Assembly: GCA_022482495.1 (NCBI GenBank)
Contig: JAKVPA010000003.1
Location: 208,905-272,904, forward strand
Direction of reading: 5' to 3'
Length of the DNA: 64,000 bases
DNA from: Sphaerochaeta sp.
Lineage (GTDB): Bacteria; Spirochaetota; Spirochaetia; Sphaerochaetales; Sphaerochaetaceae
Of the stretch, positions 1 through 9,940 are shown in pieces; the first letter of the stretch is position 1; every line of letters starts with the position of its first letter. The notes under the pieces were generated by a model. The model searched no databases and was not told where the DNA came from. It worked only from the letters and a program-made list of their open reading frames with translations. The position numbers and the translations under genes are program-made.

Positions 1-889
1 CAGGCTGCCGGAAGACGCTTCCACGATGGATACGTTCTTCATGCTCACCGAACAGCTCAGGGTGAAAGCACATGAACAAGCACAAGAAAAGGTCCCCATC
101 CCGGTGAATCAGTTGGATGTCCAGGAAGGCATCCGGCGGCAGAAGATCCACAATCTCGTCCTGGACTCGGATGAACGGAACCTGATCCTGTTGTTCCGAC
201 CAATCTATTCCGCCAAGGAGGGGAAAACCTCAGGGCTCCGGGCATCCCTTGCCCTGCAAGACGCCTCGGTCGGAATTGTGGAACAGGATGAGTTTCTGCC
301 CTACGCAGACAAAAACAGTTCCATTTTCCGTTACAGCGAGTATCTGGTCCGTCGCTGTTGCGCCTTGTTGGGTCAAGGCATCCTCAGGGAACTGGGATTC
401 ACCCACCTAACCGTCACGCTTACCTCAGCCCAGTGGCTTCAGTTCGGTCTGGCGGAGTTGATCATAGGATACCTGGCCCAATATCTGATCGACCCATCCA
501 CCCTCTCGTTCGAAATCAAATGCGAGACGATCAACCAGGCTCCGGAGGGGGTGCGCTCCACGCTGATGACGCTCTCTGAACGGGGCGTTCACATCGTCAT
601 CACTCGATATGGGGAAGGGTTCACCGAGATCCACACCAATCTTCGTCTTTCCCAAGCAACAATCTCCTTGGGCAGTGACCAGTTTCCTCCACCCGAGGGC
701 CGCGCTCTCTTCCCGTTGATCATCCACAGCAGCGTGGAGCTCTTTGGAAAAATCGGATTTACCTGCGCCGTGGACGGCATCCAGTCCGAAGCGGAAAAAA
801 CGGAATGCCTTTCGCAGGGTGTCGCATACCTTTCCGGGTCTTGGTTCGGTGGTCCGTACACGCTGGAGGAGCTTGCCCATGTTCGTTGA
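1..889 (+). CDS. EAL-domain c-di-GMP phosphodiesterase-like protein, 5' partial (reading frame is open to the window start)
   Basis: ORF 26..889 with no upstream stop before the window edge. The sequence has an EAL-like fold: ...ILLFRPIY... and C-terminal GVAYLSGSWFG. Confidence 0.55.
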   Translation, partial: RLPEDASTMDTFFMLTEQLRVKAHEQAQEKVPIPVNQLDVQEGIRRQKIHNLVLDSDERNLILLFRPIYSAKEGKTSGLRASLALQDASVGIVEQDEFLPYADKNSSIFRYSEYLVRRCCALLGQGILRELGFTHLTVTLTSAQWLQFGLAELIIGYLAQYLIDPSTLSFEIKCETINQAPEGVRSTLMTLSERGVHIVITRYGEGFTEIHTNLRLSQATISLGSDQFPPPEGRALFPLIIHSSVELFGKIGFTCAVDGIQSEAEKTECLSQGVAYLSGSWFGGPYTLEELAHVR

Positions 890-2777
890 ATACAACATCT
901 GGTTTGATATCAGCGGACTGGCCATCCTGTTCGTCATCACGTTGCTGTACATCTTGAAGAATTCGGTGGAGGACAACACCAGCCTGATGTTCCGTCTTAC
1001 GCTGGCCTTTTGTTTCATTTCCACCGCCGCTGACTTGTGGTATGGACTGTGGATGAATGGAACCACCCGACTGATGACCAGTCCGTTGTTCGCCAACGAT
1101 ATGACCAGCTACTTGTATTTTCTTGCCCATTTGAGTTGCGCGTTCATCTTCCTTCATTACATCAGGGAAGCCCTGGGAATCCATTTCTCCCGATCAGTGA
1201 CCATCATCTCCACACTCCCCTTCATCATCTGTGTCTCGATCCTGCTGCTCAATCCCATTCACCGGTGGGTGTACTCCATTGACGCTGAGGGATTCTACCA
1301 GCGGGGGGATGGGTTGTACCTGTTGTATGGATGTGCCATCGGCTACATGGTGGCAGGGATGATGTTGTTGTTCCGGTACGGAAAACGGATGATCGCCGGC
1401 AGGTTCTACGCGCTCCTCACCTTCATCATCATGTCGTTTGTCGGAATCGGCATCCAGGCAGCGGTACCCTCGCTGCTGGTGGAGAACTATTTCGTTGATC
1501 TTTGCCTGCTCTTCGTCTACCTTTCCATGTACCGTCCGGAAGACATCACCGACGAAACGACACAGCTTCTCAACGAACGCGCATTCCGGATCCTTACGTC
1601 CACGTTGATCACCCGACACAAGCGATTCTCCTTGGTTTTCCTGCATCTGGAGGATGCGTCCTACATCCTCAGCCTGCTCAGCGAAGCATCCACCTCAGCG
1701 CTCAGATCCTCCATCGCCGAATTTCTTTCCAAGACATTCCGACGGGCGGAACTGTTCCATCTGGGGATCGGGCTCTTTTGTCTGTTGTACCAAGATCAGG
1801 GCGAGATGCAGGAAGAAGGGGTGGTGGAACAGCTTACCCATCGTTTCAGTCACAGCTGGCAGGCTTCCGGAGAACCAATCAAATTCACCAGCCGCATCGT
1901 CTCGTTTGTCTGCCCTGATGATGCCGCTACGCTTGAGGATTTCGTCGATGTACGATCCGCGCTCCTTCACGCAAAACCATTCCAGACGGTGGTGGATGTG
2001 AAGGGGCTGGATGTAGCGACGGAACGCCGCAACCGGATGATCGACCATATCAGCCGGACCTGTGTGGAAAACGGATTGCTGGAAGTGGTGTTCCAGCCGG
2101 TTTGGGACATTCATCGCCAATCCTTCCGAACGGCCGAGGCGCTGGTCCGGCTCAAGGATCCCCAACTGGGAAGAATATCTCCGGAAGAACTGGTCGCCGT
2201 GGCGGAGCGGAACGGAACCATCCAGAAGATTGATTCTTTCGTGCTGGATCGGGTGTGCGCGTTCCTCACCCAGCATGGAGACCACGTGGAAAACATCAAC
2301 GTCAACCTTTCCATGGTAGAATGTGTCCAGACCACCCTGGTGGAACGCATCAACACGACGATCACCCAATGGAAGGTCAGACCGGAACAACTTCATTTCG
2401 AGGTGACGGAAACCGTCTCCAACCGCTTCCCCGACGTCGCCCGCAGGAACATCCAGACGCTGACTGCACAAGGATTCGTCTTCTGCCTGGATGATTTTGG
2501 TCAGGGATACTCCAATCTGGACCGGTTGATCTCCCTGCCGTTCGGCATCATCAAACTGGACAAACAGTTCATCGTCGGAGACGGCTGGGTGAACAATCTG
2601 CTTGTGTCGATGGCAGAGGTGATCATCAGCATGGACAAACAGATTTTGGTGGAAGGCGTGGAAACGGAAGAGCAGGCGAAGCGAGCCATATCGCTGGGCG
2701 CTGACTTCATCCAAGGATATTACTACGCAAAGCCGATGCCGCAGGCAGAGTATCTGGATTTTCTGAAAACGCTTTGA
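879..2777 (+). CDS. Membrane-anchored sensor protein with C-terminal EAL domain (c-di-GMP phosphodiesterase family)
   Basis: Internal ATG at 879 (MFVEYNIWFD...) followed by several hydrophobic helices. The C-terminus carries EAL motifs (VFQPVW, DDFGQGYSNL, KLDKQF, ILVEGVETEEQ). It overlaps the previous gene by 11 nt. Confidence 0.7.
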   Translation: MFVEYNIWFDISGLAILFVITLLYILKNSVEDNTSLMFRLTLAFCFISTAADLWYGLWMNGTTRLMTSPLFANDMTSYLYFLAHLSCAFIFLHYIREALGIHFSRSVTIISTLPFIICVSILLLNPIHRWVYSIDAEGFYQRGDGLYLLYGCAIGYMVAGMMLLFRYGKRMIAGRFYALLTFIIMSFVGIGIQAAVPSLLVENYFVDLCLLFVYLSMYRPEDITDETTQLLNERAFRILTSTLITRHKRFSLVFLHLEDASYILSLLSEASTSALRSSIAEFLSKTFRRAELFHLGIGLFCLLYQDQGEMQEEGVVEQLTHRFSHSWQASGEPIKFTSRIVSFVCPDDAATLEDFVDVRSALLHAKPFQTVVDVKGLDVATERRNRMIDHISRTCVENGLLEVVFQPVWDIHRQSFRTAEALVRLKDPQLGRISPEELVAVAERNGTIQKIDSFVLDRVCAFLTQHGDHVENINVNLSMVECVQTTLVERINTTITQWKVRPEQLHFEVTETVSNRFPDVARRNIQTLTAQGFVFCLDDFGQGYSNLDRLISLPFGIIKLDKQFIVGDGWVNNLLVSMAEVIISMDKQILVEGVETEEQAKRAISLGADFIQGYYYAKPMPQAEYLDFLKTL

Positions 2778-2783
2778 CGGGAC

Positions 2784-4187
2784 GTGGGAAAGGCCCTATA
2801 CTTTGACCCTATGGAATCACAACGCGAAACGCTTTCCAGCAGGCTTGGGTTCATCCTGTTGTCCGCCGGATGCGCCATTGGACTGGGAAACGTATGGCGT
2901 TTCCCATACATCACCGGGACGTACGGCGGAGCGACGTTCGTCCTTATCTATCTGCTCTTCCTGGTGATCTTCGGCCTCCCCATCATGGTGATGGAGTTCG
3001 CCATCGGGCGAGCCAGCAGACAGAACATCGGCCTGGCATTGAAGACATTGGAGCCTCCCGGCACCCAATGGCATCGGTACGGTCCGTTCGCCATCGCCGC
3101 AAACTACCTTTTGATGATGTACTACACCCCGATCTCAGGCTGGCTCCTCTCCTACTTTTTCCACTCGGTGGATGGTTCGCTGTCCCATCTCTCCTCAGCG
3201 GAAGTCTCCACCTCCTTCACCTCCATGCTCTCCGATCCCTGGTCGATGCTCGCCTGGACGTCCGTGGTCATCATCCTGGGGTTCTTCATCAACAGCAGGG
3301 GACTGCAGAAGGGAGTGGAATCCATCACCAAGGTGATGATGGTCTGTCTGCTCCTGTTGATCATTCTCCTTGCCGTCAACAGCATGTTCCTAGAAGGCGG
3401 CTCGGAAGGCATCGCGTTCTATCTGAAGCCGAATCTCTCCCACATCCGCCAGGCGGGCCTGTTCAACGTGGTGTTCGCCGCGATGAACCAGGCGTTCTTC
3501 ACCCTTTCATTGGGCATCGGCTCCATGGAGATCTTCGGCTCATATATCGGAAAAGAACGTTCCCTGACCGGAGAAGCCACTCGGGTGATCATTTTGGACA
3601 CCGCTGTCGCGCTCCTTGCCGGCCTGATCATCTTCCCGGCGTGCTCCGCCTTCGGCGTCAAGGCGGATGCCGGCCCCAGCCTGCTGTTCATCACCCTCCC
3701 CAACATCTTCAGCCAGATGCCCGCAGGCCGGTTCTGGGGCTCCCTGTTCTTCCTGTTCATGAGTTTCGCAGCCTTCTCCACCGTGATCGCCGTCTTTGAG
3801 AACATCATCAGTTATTGGATCGATGTGCGTCACGTCCCCCGCAAGCGTGCCTGCAGGAACAACGCCATCGCCATGGTGCTGCTTTCCCTCCCCTGCATCC
3901 TCGGCTTCAACGCATGGAGCGGTTTCACCCCGTTTGGAGCTGGGACCGGCGTGCTGGACTTGGAGGATTTCATCGTCAGCTCCACCCTGCTCCCCATCGG
4001 TTCCTTGCTGTTCTGCCTGTTCTGCACCCGCAAAATCGGATGGGGATGGGACAACTTCCTTCAGGAAGCCGACCAAGGAACCGGCTTGAAATTCCCCCGC
4101 TGGGCACGATTCTGGGTCCGCTGGGGCATTCCTGCACTGTTCGTGGTGATTTTTATCAAGGGATATCTGGACATCCTCGTGCATTGA
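2784..4187 (+). CDS. Neurotransmitter:sodium symporter (NSS/SNF) family transporter
   Basis: GLGNVWRFPY motif and multiple TM segments. The start may instead be the MESQ codon at 2811. Confidence 0.8.
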   Translation: MGKALYFDPMESQRETLSSRLGFILLSAGCAIGLGNVWRFPYITGTYGGATFVLIYLLFLVIFGLPIMVMEFAIGRASRQNIGLALKTLEPPGTQWHRYGPFAIAANYLLMMYYTPISGWLLSYFFHSVDGSLSHLSSAEVSTSFTSMLSDPWSMLAWTSVVIILGFFINSRGLQKGVESITKVMMVCLLLLIILLAVNSMFLEGGSEGIAFYLKPNLSHIRQAGLFNVVFAAMNQAFFTLSLGIGSMEIFGSYIGKERSLTGEATRVIILDTAVALLAGLIIFPACSAFGVKADAGPSLLFITLPNIFSQMPAGRFWGSLFFLFMSFAAFSTVIAVFENIISYWIDVRHVPRKRACRNNAIAMVLLSLPCILGFNAWSGFTPFGAGTGVLDLEDFIVSSTLLPIGSLLFCLFCTRKIGWGWDNFLQEADQGTGLKFPRWARFWVRWGIPALFVVIFIKGYLDILVH

Positions 4188-4240
4188 CATACGTCGCGAT
4201 ATTTCCATATACTTACCGCGCAAATACATAGGAGGGCCCC

Positions 4241-4459
4241 TTGGCCAAAGAAGAAGCTATTGAAGTAGAGGGAATCGTCAAAGAAGCGCTTCCCAATACG
4301 ATGTTCCGTGTGGAACTGCAGAACAATCACGTGATTCTTGCCTTTCTGTCCGGCAAGATGCGCAAGCATTACATCCGAATCGTCCCTGGTGACAAAGTAC
4401 GGATTGAGTTGTCTCCGTATGACCTGACCAAGGGACGCATCACCTTCAGGGAACGATAA
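4241..4459 (+). CDS. infA: Translation initiation factor IF-1
   Basis: 72 aa: [70 protein letters not shown]. Start codon is TTG, preceded by AGGAGG. Confidence 0.95.
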   Translation: MAKEEAIEVEGIVKEALPNTMFRVELQNNHVILAFLSGKMRKHYIRIVPGDKVRIELSPYDLTKGRITFRER

Positions 4460-4475
4460 GCATTCTCAGCGAGCA

Positions 4476-4512
4476 CACACGCCCACAGCTTTGTCGGGCG
4501 TGTGTTGTTGTA
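4476..4512. terminator. Rho-independent-type hairpin between convergent infA and the Smr gene
   Basis: Stem cacacgccc / gggcgtgtg (9 bp) followed by ttgttgta. Confidence 0.5.
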
Positions 4513-4516
4513 TGCG

Positions 4517-5803
4517 TCATGATGGCTTGAGAATCACCCAGATGACGCCGCTGCCCCCGTAACACGCTTTGGGGCTGTACGCCTCACGCACCACACCGGA
4601 GAGACGTATCTCGCTGAGGGCGATATCCTTCAGCACCCCTTTGCCATCAGCGCTGTGGAGCCCTTTCCCCGGGATGACGCACACCTTCAGCAGATGATGG
4701 CGATAGCTGTCTTCCAGAAACGTACCCGTCGCCGTGGCGGCTTCCTCCGCCTTCATGCCATGGAGATCCAGCGTGACCTGCGGTTGCATCGCACGGAGTT
4801 CCGAGATGGTATGGTTGGGATGATCCGGCTCCCGCTTTATCTGTTTAGACCGCTCAATGGCCTTCTCCTCGTCACTCATCGTCGACCAGGAGGCGTAAAT
4901 CTTGGCGAAGTCTGAATCCTCTGCCGCTTTCTTCTGTTCATACGAGTCAAGCAACGTCCCGAAATCCTTCCCTGACCCCTGCACTTCGGAAGGGGTGAAC
5001 AGGTGTTGTTCCTTGTCTTCCTCTTCCTCCGCAACAGGAGATTCCGGATGCTGGTAGGTTTCCTGCAACACGCCTTTGCTTGCTCCGGTACGGGTCAGCT
5101 CCACCTTCCAGGCGACATCACTGGGATGGACTTCTGCAGACGGAATCGGAGATGGTGCGGGAGGTGTCGCCACCGGCTCCGGAGCTTTTGGGACGATGGT
5201 CTCTTTTCCTTCAAATTGATCCAGCAGTTCTCCGAAACTCTTGCCGCTTCCCTTTACTTGGGATGGCTTGTGCGGTATCTCTGGCCGAGATACCGGAACG
5301 ACCGGCTCCGGAGTGGGTTTCCGTTGCTTAACCGGACGTACCGGTTTTGCGTCGGTCCCTTCGTATTGGGAGAGAATGGACCCAAAGTCCTTTGTCTGGC
5401 GATATGGTTGGCTCTTGTTGATCTTGGGCTGTTGCTTGGCAACAGGGCGGGACGCTTTCTGTCCGTGCTCCCGCTCCCATTCGGCGAAGATGTCACCGAA
5501 ATCACGCCTGTCATCCACCGTGCTGGGATGCTTCAGCCCACCTTTGACGGTGGAAGGATCCTGTCCGGACTCCCACGCTTTGAGGATATCCCCAAAATCA
5601 GCATCCTTGTCGAATCCGGTAACGATCGGACCAGGATTTCGTTTGGGAGCCGGTGGAATGGTGCGTTTGTTCTTGGGTTCCGGCTCGGTGGTTTTTTCCA
5701 CCAACCGGATGCCTTGGAACGGACGATATGCGTCATCATCTGCGGCAAGACGGTCTTTTTGGGTTGTCTTGGGTTGCTGGTGGCGTTTCTTTCGTCCCAT
5801 CAC
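4517..5803 (-). CDS. Smr-domain protein with an N-terminal low-complexity region carrying five degenerate DFGxIL..[WY]E repeats
   Basis: The C-terminal Smr domain is LDLHGMKAEEA...VIPGKGLHS. The repeats are DFGDILKAWESGQD, DFGDIFAEWEREHG, DFGSILSQYEGTD, SFGELLDQFEGKE and DFGTLLDSYEQKK. Confidence 0.7.
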   Translation of the reverse strand: MMGRKKRHQQPKTTQKDRLAADDDAYRPFQGIRLVEKTTEPEPKNKRTIPPAPKRNPGPIVTGFDKDADFGDILKAWESGQDPSTVKGGLKHPSTVDDRRDFGDIFAEWEREHGQKASRPVAKQQPKINKSQPYRQTKDFGSILSQYEGTDAKPVRPVKQRKPTPEPVVPVSRPEIPHKPSQVKGSGKSFGELLDQFEGKETIVPKAPEPVATPPAPSPIPSAEVHPSDVAWKVELTRTGASKGVLQETYQHPESPVAEEEEDKEQHLFTPSEVQGSGKDFGTLLDSYEQKKAAEDSDFAKIYASWSTMSDEEKAIERSKQIKREPDHPNHTISELRAMQPQVTLDLHGMKAEEAATATGTFLEDSYRHHLLKVCVIPGKGLHSADGKGVLKDIALSEIRLSGVVREAYSPKACYGGSGVIWVILKPS

Positions 5804-6444
5804 ACTTCCCTTACGTCAAGAATCTGGTCAACATACGGTTTGAGGATGTCGATCACCTTGCTTGGGGGTGCACCTTGCACCTTGATGGTGATCATCGCGT
5901 TGCTCGGCTCGGTTCCCATGAACGTACCAAGCGCGATGATGTCCACACCCTGCTCGCAGAGCGCCTGGGAAATCTTGGCGATGGTGCCGGGATGGTCGGT
6001 GACAAGAAACGAAACACGAACGCCGAAGTGACGGGCGCCGAACAGCTCCAACAGAATCTTGAACATGTCGCTCTTGGAGACGATGCCGACCAACTTGCCG
6101 TCTTCCAGGACGGGCAGGCAGGAGAGATCCTGGTCGACCATCAGACGGGCGGCTTCCTCCACCGTCGTGTCCTTGGTGATGGTCACCACGTTCTTGCTCA
6201 TCAACTGCTTCACCGTAATCTTGGACAGCAGGTATGCCATCTCATGGATGGACAGGCTGGACGCCGGTGACGGGGATGCGTACAGGATATCTTTTTCGCT
6301 GATGATCCCCACCAGATTCTTGTTCTTGTCCAAAACAGGAAGACGATGGATTTTCTCATCCTTCATCAGTTTCGAGGCTTCCGCGATGGGCATATCAGGC
6401 GTCGCGGTCACAGGATTGCGGGTCATTCTACGTTCGATTATCAT
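5800..6444 (-). CDS. CBS-pair plus ACT domain protein (AcuB-like)
   Basis: Two CBS motifs (HRLPVLDKNKNLVGIISEKD and LPVLEDGKLVGIVSKSD) and a C-terminal ACT-like segment. Its stop overlaps the Smr gene start by 4 nt. Confidence 0.7.
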   Translation of the reverse strand: MIIERRMTRNPVTATPDMPIAEASKLMKDEKIHRLPVLDKNKNLVGIISEKDILYASPSPASSLSIHEMAYLLSKITVKQLMSKNVVTITKDTTVEEAARLMVDQDLSCLPVLEDGKLVGIVSKSDMFKILLELFGARHFGVRVSFLVTDHPGTIAKISQALCEQGVDIIALGTFMGTEPSNAMITIKVQGAPPSKVIDILKPYVDQILDVREV

Positions 6445-6500
6445 ACGGTACCCCTCCCACCAGCAGTGTACTCCATTTCAGGAGAACCTTCCAGCGTTTC

Positions 6501-7244
6501 TTATTCCCCAAGATACGCCTGGCGTACCCGTTCGTTGACCAAGAGATTGGAACTGCGGTCTGCCAGAACGATCTTTCCGTTTTCCATCACATACCCTTCT
6601 GTGGACGCTTTCAACGCCATACGGGCGTTCTGCTCCACCAGGAAGATGGTCACCTTGTCCTGCTTGTTGATGTAGGAAATCTTCTCAAAGATATCCTGAA
6701 TGACCAGCGGGGCCAAGCCCAATCCCGGCTCGTCCAGCAACAACAGGTTGGGAGAGCTCATCAACGCCCTGCTGATGGCCATCATCTGTTGTTCTCCTCC
6801 GGAGAGACTGCGGGTCTTCTGTTTGCGTCGGGAACCAAGGATCGGAAAGAAATCATACATTTCCGCTTTGCGTTCGGCGATCACCTTGGGATCCTTGACC
6901 AGGAACGCACCCATGTCAAGGTTCTCCTCCACCGTCATGTCGGTGAACACCCGCCGCCCTTCCGGAACCAGTGAAATGCCTTTGGCGGCGATACGATCGG
7001 TGGTCAGCCGTTTGTGATGAGGAAGCTCCGCGTCACAGATCGCTTCCCCGTTGTAGGTAATCTTTCCGGTGACCAGCGGCTCCTGCCCCATGATGGCTTT
7101 CAACAACGTACTCTTTCCGGCACCGTTGGCGCCGATCAAACAAACGACGTCTCCTTGGGAAACATGCATGGACACGCCGGTCAGCGCTTTGATGTTCCCG
7201 TAGGTGACACCGATATTCTCAATGGTCAGCAAATCAGCCATCAC
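6501..7244 (-). CDS. livF: Branched-chain amino acid ABC transporter ATP-binding protein (LivF-type)
   Basis: Walker A GANGAGKST, ABC signature LSGGEQQ and Walker B LLLDEP. Confidence 0.85.
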   Translation of the reverse strand: MMADLLTIENIGVTYGNIKALTGVSMHVSQGDVVCLIGANGAGKSTLLKAIMGQEPLVTGKITYNGEAICDAELPHHKRLTTDRIAAKGISLVPEGRRVFTDMTVEENLDMGAFLVKDPKVIAERKAEMYDFFPILGSRRKQKTRSLSGGEQQMMAISRALMSSPNLLLLDEPGLGLAPLVIQDIFEKISYINKQDKVTIFLVEQNARMALKASTEGYVMENGKIVLADRSSNLLVNERVRQAYLGE

Positions 7245-8020
7245 GCTTCCTCCTTGCCCAGATACGCTTCAATGACTTGAGGATTGGACTTGATCTCATT
7301 CGGGGTTCCGACGGCGATCTTCTGGCCGTAGTTCAGCACGGTGATGGAATCACAGATGTTCATCACCAGCCGCATGTCATGCTCGATCAACACCACGGTC
7401 ACGCCCTCATCCCGGATACGACAGATCGTTTCCATCAACTGTTCCGTCTCCTGGGGGTTCATGCCGGCGGCAGGCTCATCCAGAAAGAGCAGCTTCGGAC
7501 CACTGGCCATGGCACGGGCGATCTCCAGCTCCCGCTGGTGACCGTACGGCAGGTTTTTGGCAAGCTCATGCCGGAAGTCGGTCAGATTGAAGAATTCCAT
7601 CCAGTGAAGCGCTTTTGCGTACAGGTCATCCTCTTCACTCTGCAGACGGAAGTAACTGCGGAACGCATTGGCGAACCGTCCCTTCATCGGATCCTTTCCC
7701 GTCTTGAAGTGACAGCCCAGCATGATGTTTTCCGTCACGGTCAGTTCCTTGAACAGACGAATGTTCTGGAACGTACGGGCGATGCCCAGACGGCAGATCT
7801 TCCATGCCGGCATTCCGGTGATGTCCTTGCCATCGAAATGCACTTTTCCGCTGGTCGGGACATCCAGCCCGGTCATGTTGTTGAACAGCGTCGTCTTGCC
7901 GGCGCCATTGGGGCCGATCAAACCGGTGATCAACCCCTGCTCCACCTCAAAATCCACATTGCTGACGGCCAAGATGCCGCCAAACTCACGGGTAAGCCCT
8001 TCCGTATTCAGCAGAATCAT
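7241..8020 (-). CDS. livG: Branched-chain amino acid ABC transporter ATP-binding protein (LivG-type)
   Basis: GPNGAGKTT, LPYGHQRELEIARA and LLFLDEP. It overlaps livF by 4 nt. Confidence 0.85.
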   Translation of the reverse strand: MILLNTEGLTREFGGILAVSNVDFEVEQGLITGLIGPNGAGKTTLFNNMTGLDVPTSGKVHFDGKDITGMPAWKICRLGIARTFQNIRLFKELTVTENIMLGCHFKTGKDPMKGRFANAFRSYFRLQSEEDDLYAKALHWMEFFNLTDFRHELAKNLPYGHQRELEIARAMASGPKLLFLDEPAAGMNPQETEQLMETICRIRDEGVTVVLIEHDMRLVMNICDSITVLNYGQKIAVGTPNEIKSNPQVIEAYLGKEEA

Positions 8021-8925
8021 TGCTTACCCCCTTTGCGTTCCTTACCGTACAGGTGTTCCTTCCGTCCCATGATACCCTGTGGCCGCCAGATCATCATGAC
8101 GACGAGGATCAAGCCGAACAGCACTTGTTTGAACTGCGGCGGGAAAACGGAAGAGAGCCCGGTCAGCTGCGGGAAGTAGCTGATCAACTGGATGATGAAT
8201 GAGCCGAGGATGGCAGCCATGAAGTTTCCCATGCCTCCCAACACCACCATGCAGAGCACCATCACGGAAACCATGAACGTATAGGTTCCCGGCGTGACGG
8301 AAAGGCTGAAGACTGCCTGCAGGCTTCCTGCGATACCGGCGACGCCGGCACCCAGCATGAACGCGACAACCTTGTACTTCGTCACGTTGATGCCCGTCGA
8401 AGCTGCGGCGATTTCATCCTCACGGATCGCTTCCAACGCACGCCCCATCCGGGACCTTGCCAACCGCTGGAACAGCAGGTAGGCGATGACCAGGAACACG
8501 ATGCAGAGGGTCAGGAACCCGACCTTGGTGTACGGGTTGATCTTCTTCCCGAAGATCGTCGCCATCGGGATGTTCTGGATGCCCATCGGGCCTTTGGTCA
8601 ACGAATCCCAGTTATTCAGGACGTTCCGAACAATTTCTCCGAAGCCCAATGTGGCGATGGCCAGGTAATCACCTTTCAGGCGGAGCGTCGGCAGTCCGAT
8701 CAAGAAACCAAACAGCGCGGAAACCACCACGGAAACCGGAAGTGTTTCCCAGAATGTCCACCCCAACTTGGTGGTAAGAATCGCCGTGGCGTAACTGCCG
8801 ATGGCGAAGAATCCCGCCTGACACATGGAAAGCATGCCGGTGTATCCGGTGATGACGTTTTGTCCGATGGCCATCAACGCGTAAATGCAGGTGTAAATCA
8901 AAATCAACAGGAAAAAGCTCAGCAT
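8017..8925 (-). CDS. livM: Branched-chain amino acid ABC transporter permease (LivM-type)
   Basis: Polytopic membrane protein. It overlaps livG by 4 nt and keeps the operon order. Confidence 0.8.
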   Translation of the reverse strand: MLSFFLLILIYTCIYALMAIGQNVITGYTGMLSMCQAGFFAIGSYATAILTTKLGWTFWETLPVSVVVSALFGFLIGLPTLRLKGDYLAIATLGFGEIVRNVLNNWDSLTKGPMGIQNIPMATIFGKKINPYTKVGFLTLCIVFLVIAYLLFQRLARSRMGRALEAIREDEIAAASTGINVTKYKVVAFMLGAGVAGIAGSLQAVFSLSVTPGTYTFMVSVMVLCMVVLGGMGNFMAAILGSFIIQLISYFPQLTGLSSVFPPQFKQVLFGLILVVMMIWRPQGIMGRKEHLYGKERKGGKQ

Positions 8926-8926
8926 G

Positions 8927-9844
8927 TCAGACCTTCTCCTTTTCGGCGTGGCCGAGGATGCCTTCCGGTTTGATCAGCAGGATCAGGATCAGGACACCGA
9001 AGGCGATGGTGTCCTTCATGCCGGTCGGAATGCCCAAGACGGCCACTCCGAACGTCTCCAGAAGCCCAAGGATGATGCCACCGAGCATGGCGCCCTGGAT
9101 GTTGCCGATGCCTCCGACAACCGCGGCGACGAATGCCTTCAGACCGGTCATCATACCCATGGAAGGATAGGCCTTGAAGTCCAACGAGATCAGAATGCCG
9201 CCGGTCGCGGCCAGAGCCGAACCGATGGCGAACGTCAGGCTGATCACCTTGTCGACGCTGATGCCCATCAGCATTGCCGTATCCTGGTCAATACTGGTGG
9301 CGCGCATCGCCTTTCCCATCCGGGTCTTGTCGACGAACAGCGCCAAGGCAACCATCATGATCGCCGCTACGGCAAGAATCAGGATCTGGTGCGGCGTGAT
9401 GATCACTCCGTGTATGTTGATCGGCGTATTGTCGAACGGATAGTTGAATTTGCGGCTCTGCGTCCCAAACGCCCACGCGGCACTGTTGGACAACATGAAG
9501 GAAACGCCGATGGCGGAAAGAAGAGGCGCAAGACGTGCCGCGTGTCGAAGCGGCTTGTACGCCACCCGCTCAATGACCACTCCCAAAAAACCACAGGCGA
9601 TCATGGCGACGATCATGGCGATGAAAAAGGACGTTACCGTCCACGCGCCAAGCGGCGCGCTTCCTCTGAGCGCGTTGTAGGTGAACAACCCGATATAGGC
9701 GCCCACCATCAGGATGTCACCATGGGCAAAGTTGATGAACTTCAGGATTCCATACACCATGGTGTACCCCAAGGCGATGAGAGCATAGATGCCACCAAGC
9801 GTAAGCCCATTCATAAAGTGTTGGAAAAACTCTGAAACGGACAA
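8927..9844 (-). CDS. livH: Branched-chain amino acid ABC transporter permease (LivH-type)
   Basis: Polytopic membrane protein directly upstream of livM. Confidence 0.8.
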   Translation of the reverse strand: MSVSEFFQHFMNGLTLGGIYALIALGYTMVYGILKFINFAHGDILMVGAYIGLFTYNALRGSAPLGAWTVTSFFIAMIVAMIACGFLGVVIERVAYKPLRHAARLAPLLSAIGVSFMLSNSAAWAFGTQSRKFNYPFDNTPINIHGVIITPHQILILAVAAIMMVALALFVDKTRMGKAMRATSIDQDTAMLMGISVDKVISLTFAIGSALAATGGILISLDFKAYPSMGMMTGLKAFVAAVVGGIGNIQGAMLGGIILGLLETFGVAVLGIPTGMKDTIAFGVLILILLIKPEGILGHAEKEKV

Positions 9845-9940
9845 GATTGCGCTCCTTCAAAAGAGTCTAAAAAACAAGAATGAGGACCGATGCACGCACC
9901 GGTCCTCACCATTCTAACGTGGAACGGCTTCCTCCGGCAA

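Noticed and set aside
1695-2714. 339-aa antisense ORF inside the EAL gene. The same applies to 2870..3799 (+), 3540..4229 (-), 9890..11308 (+), 12854..13927 (-), 14087..15325 (+), 27578..29473 (+) and 29843..31246 (+).
   Set aside because: All are Arg/His/Pro/Gly-rich, low-complexity translations on the opposite strand or in an alternate frame of well-supported genes in about 60% GC DNA. Long stop-free frames of this kind are typical in such sequence. They have no motifs or RBS and were treated as spurious.
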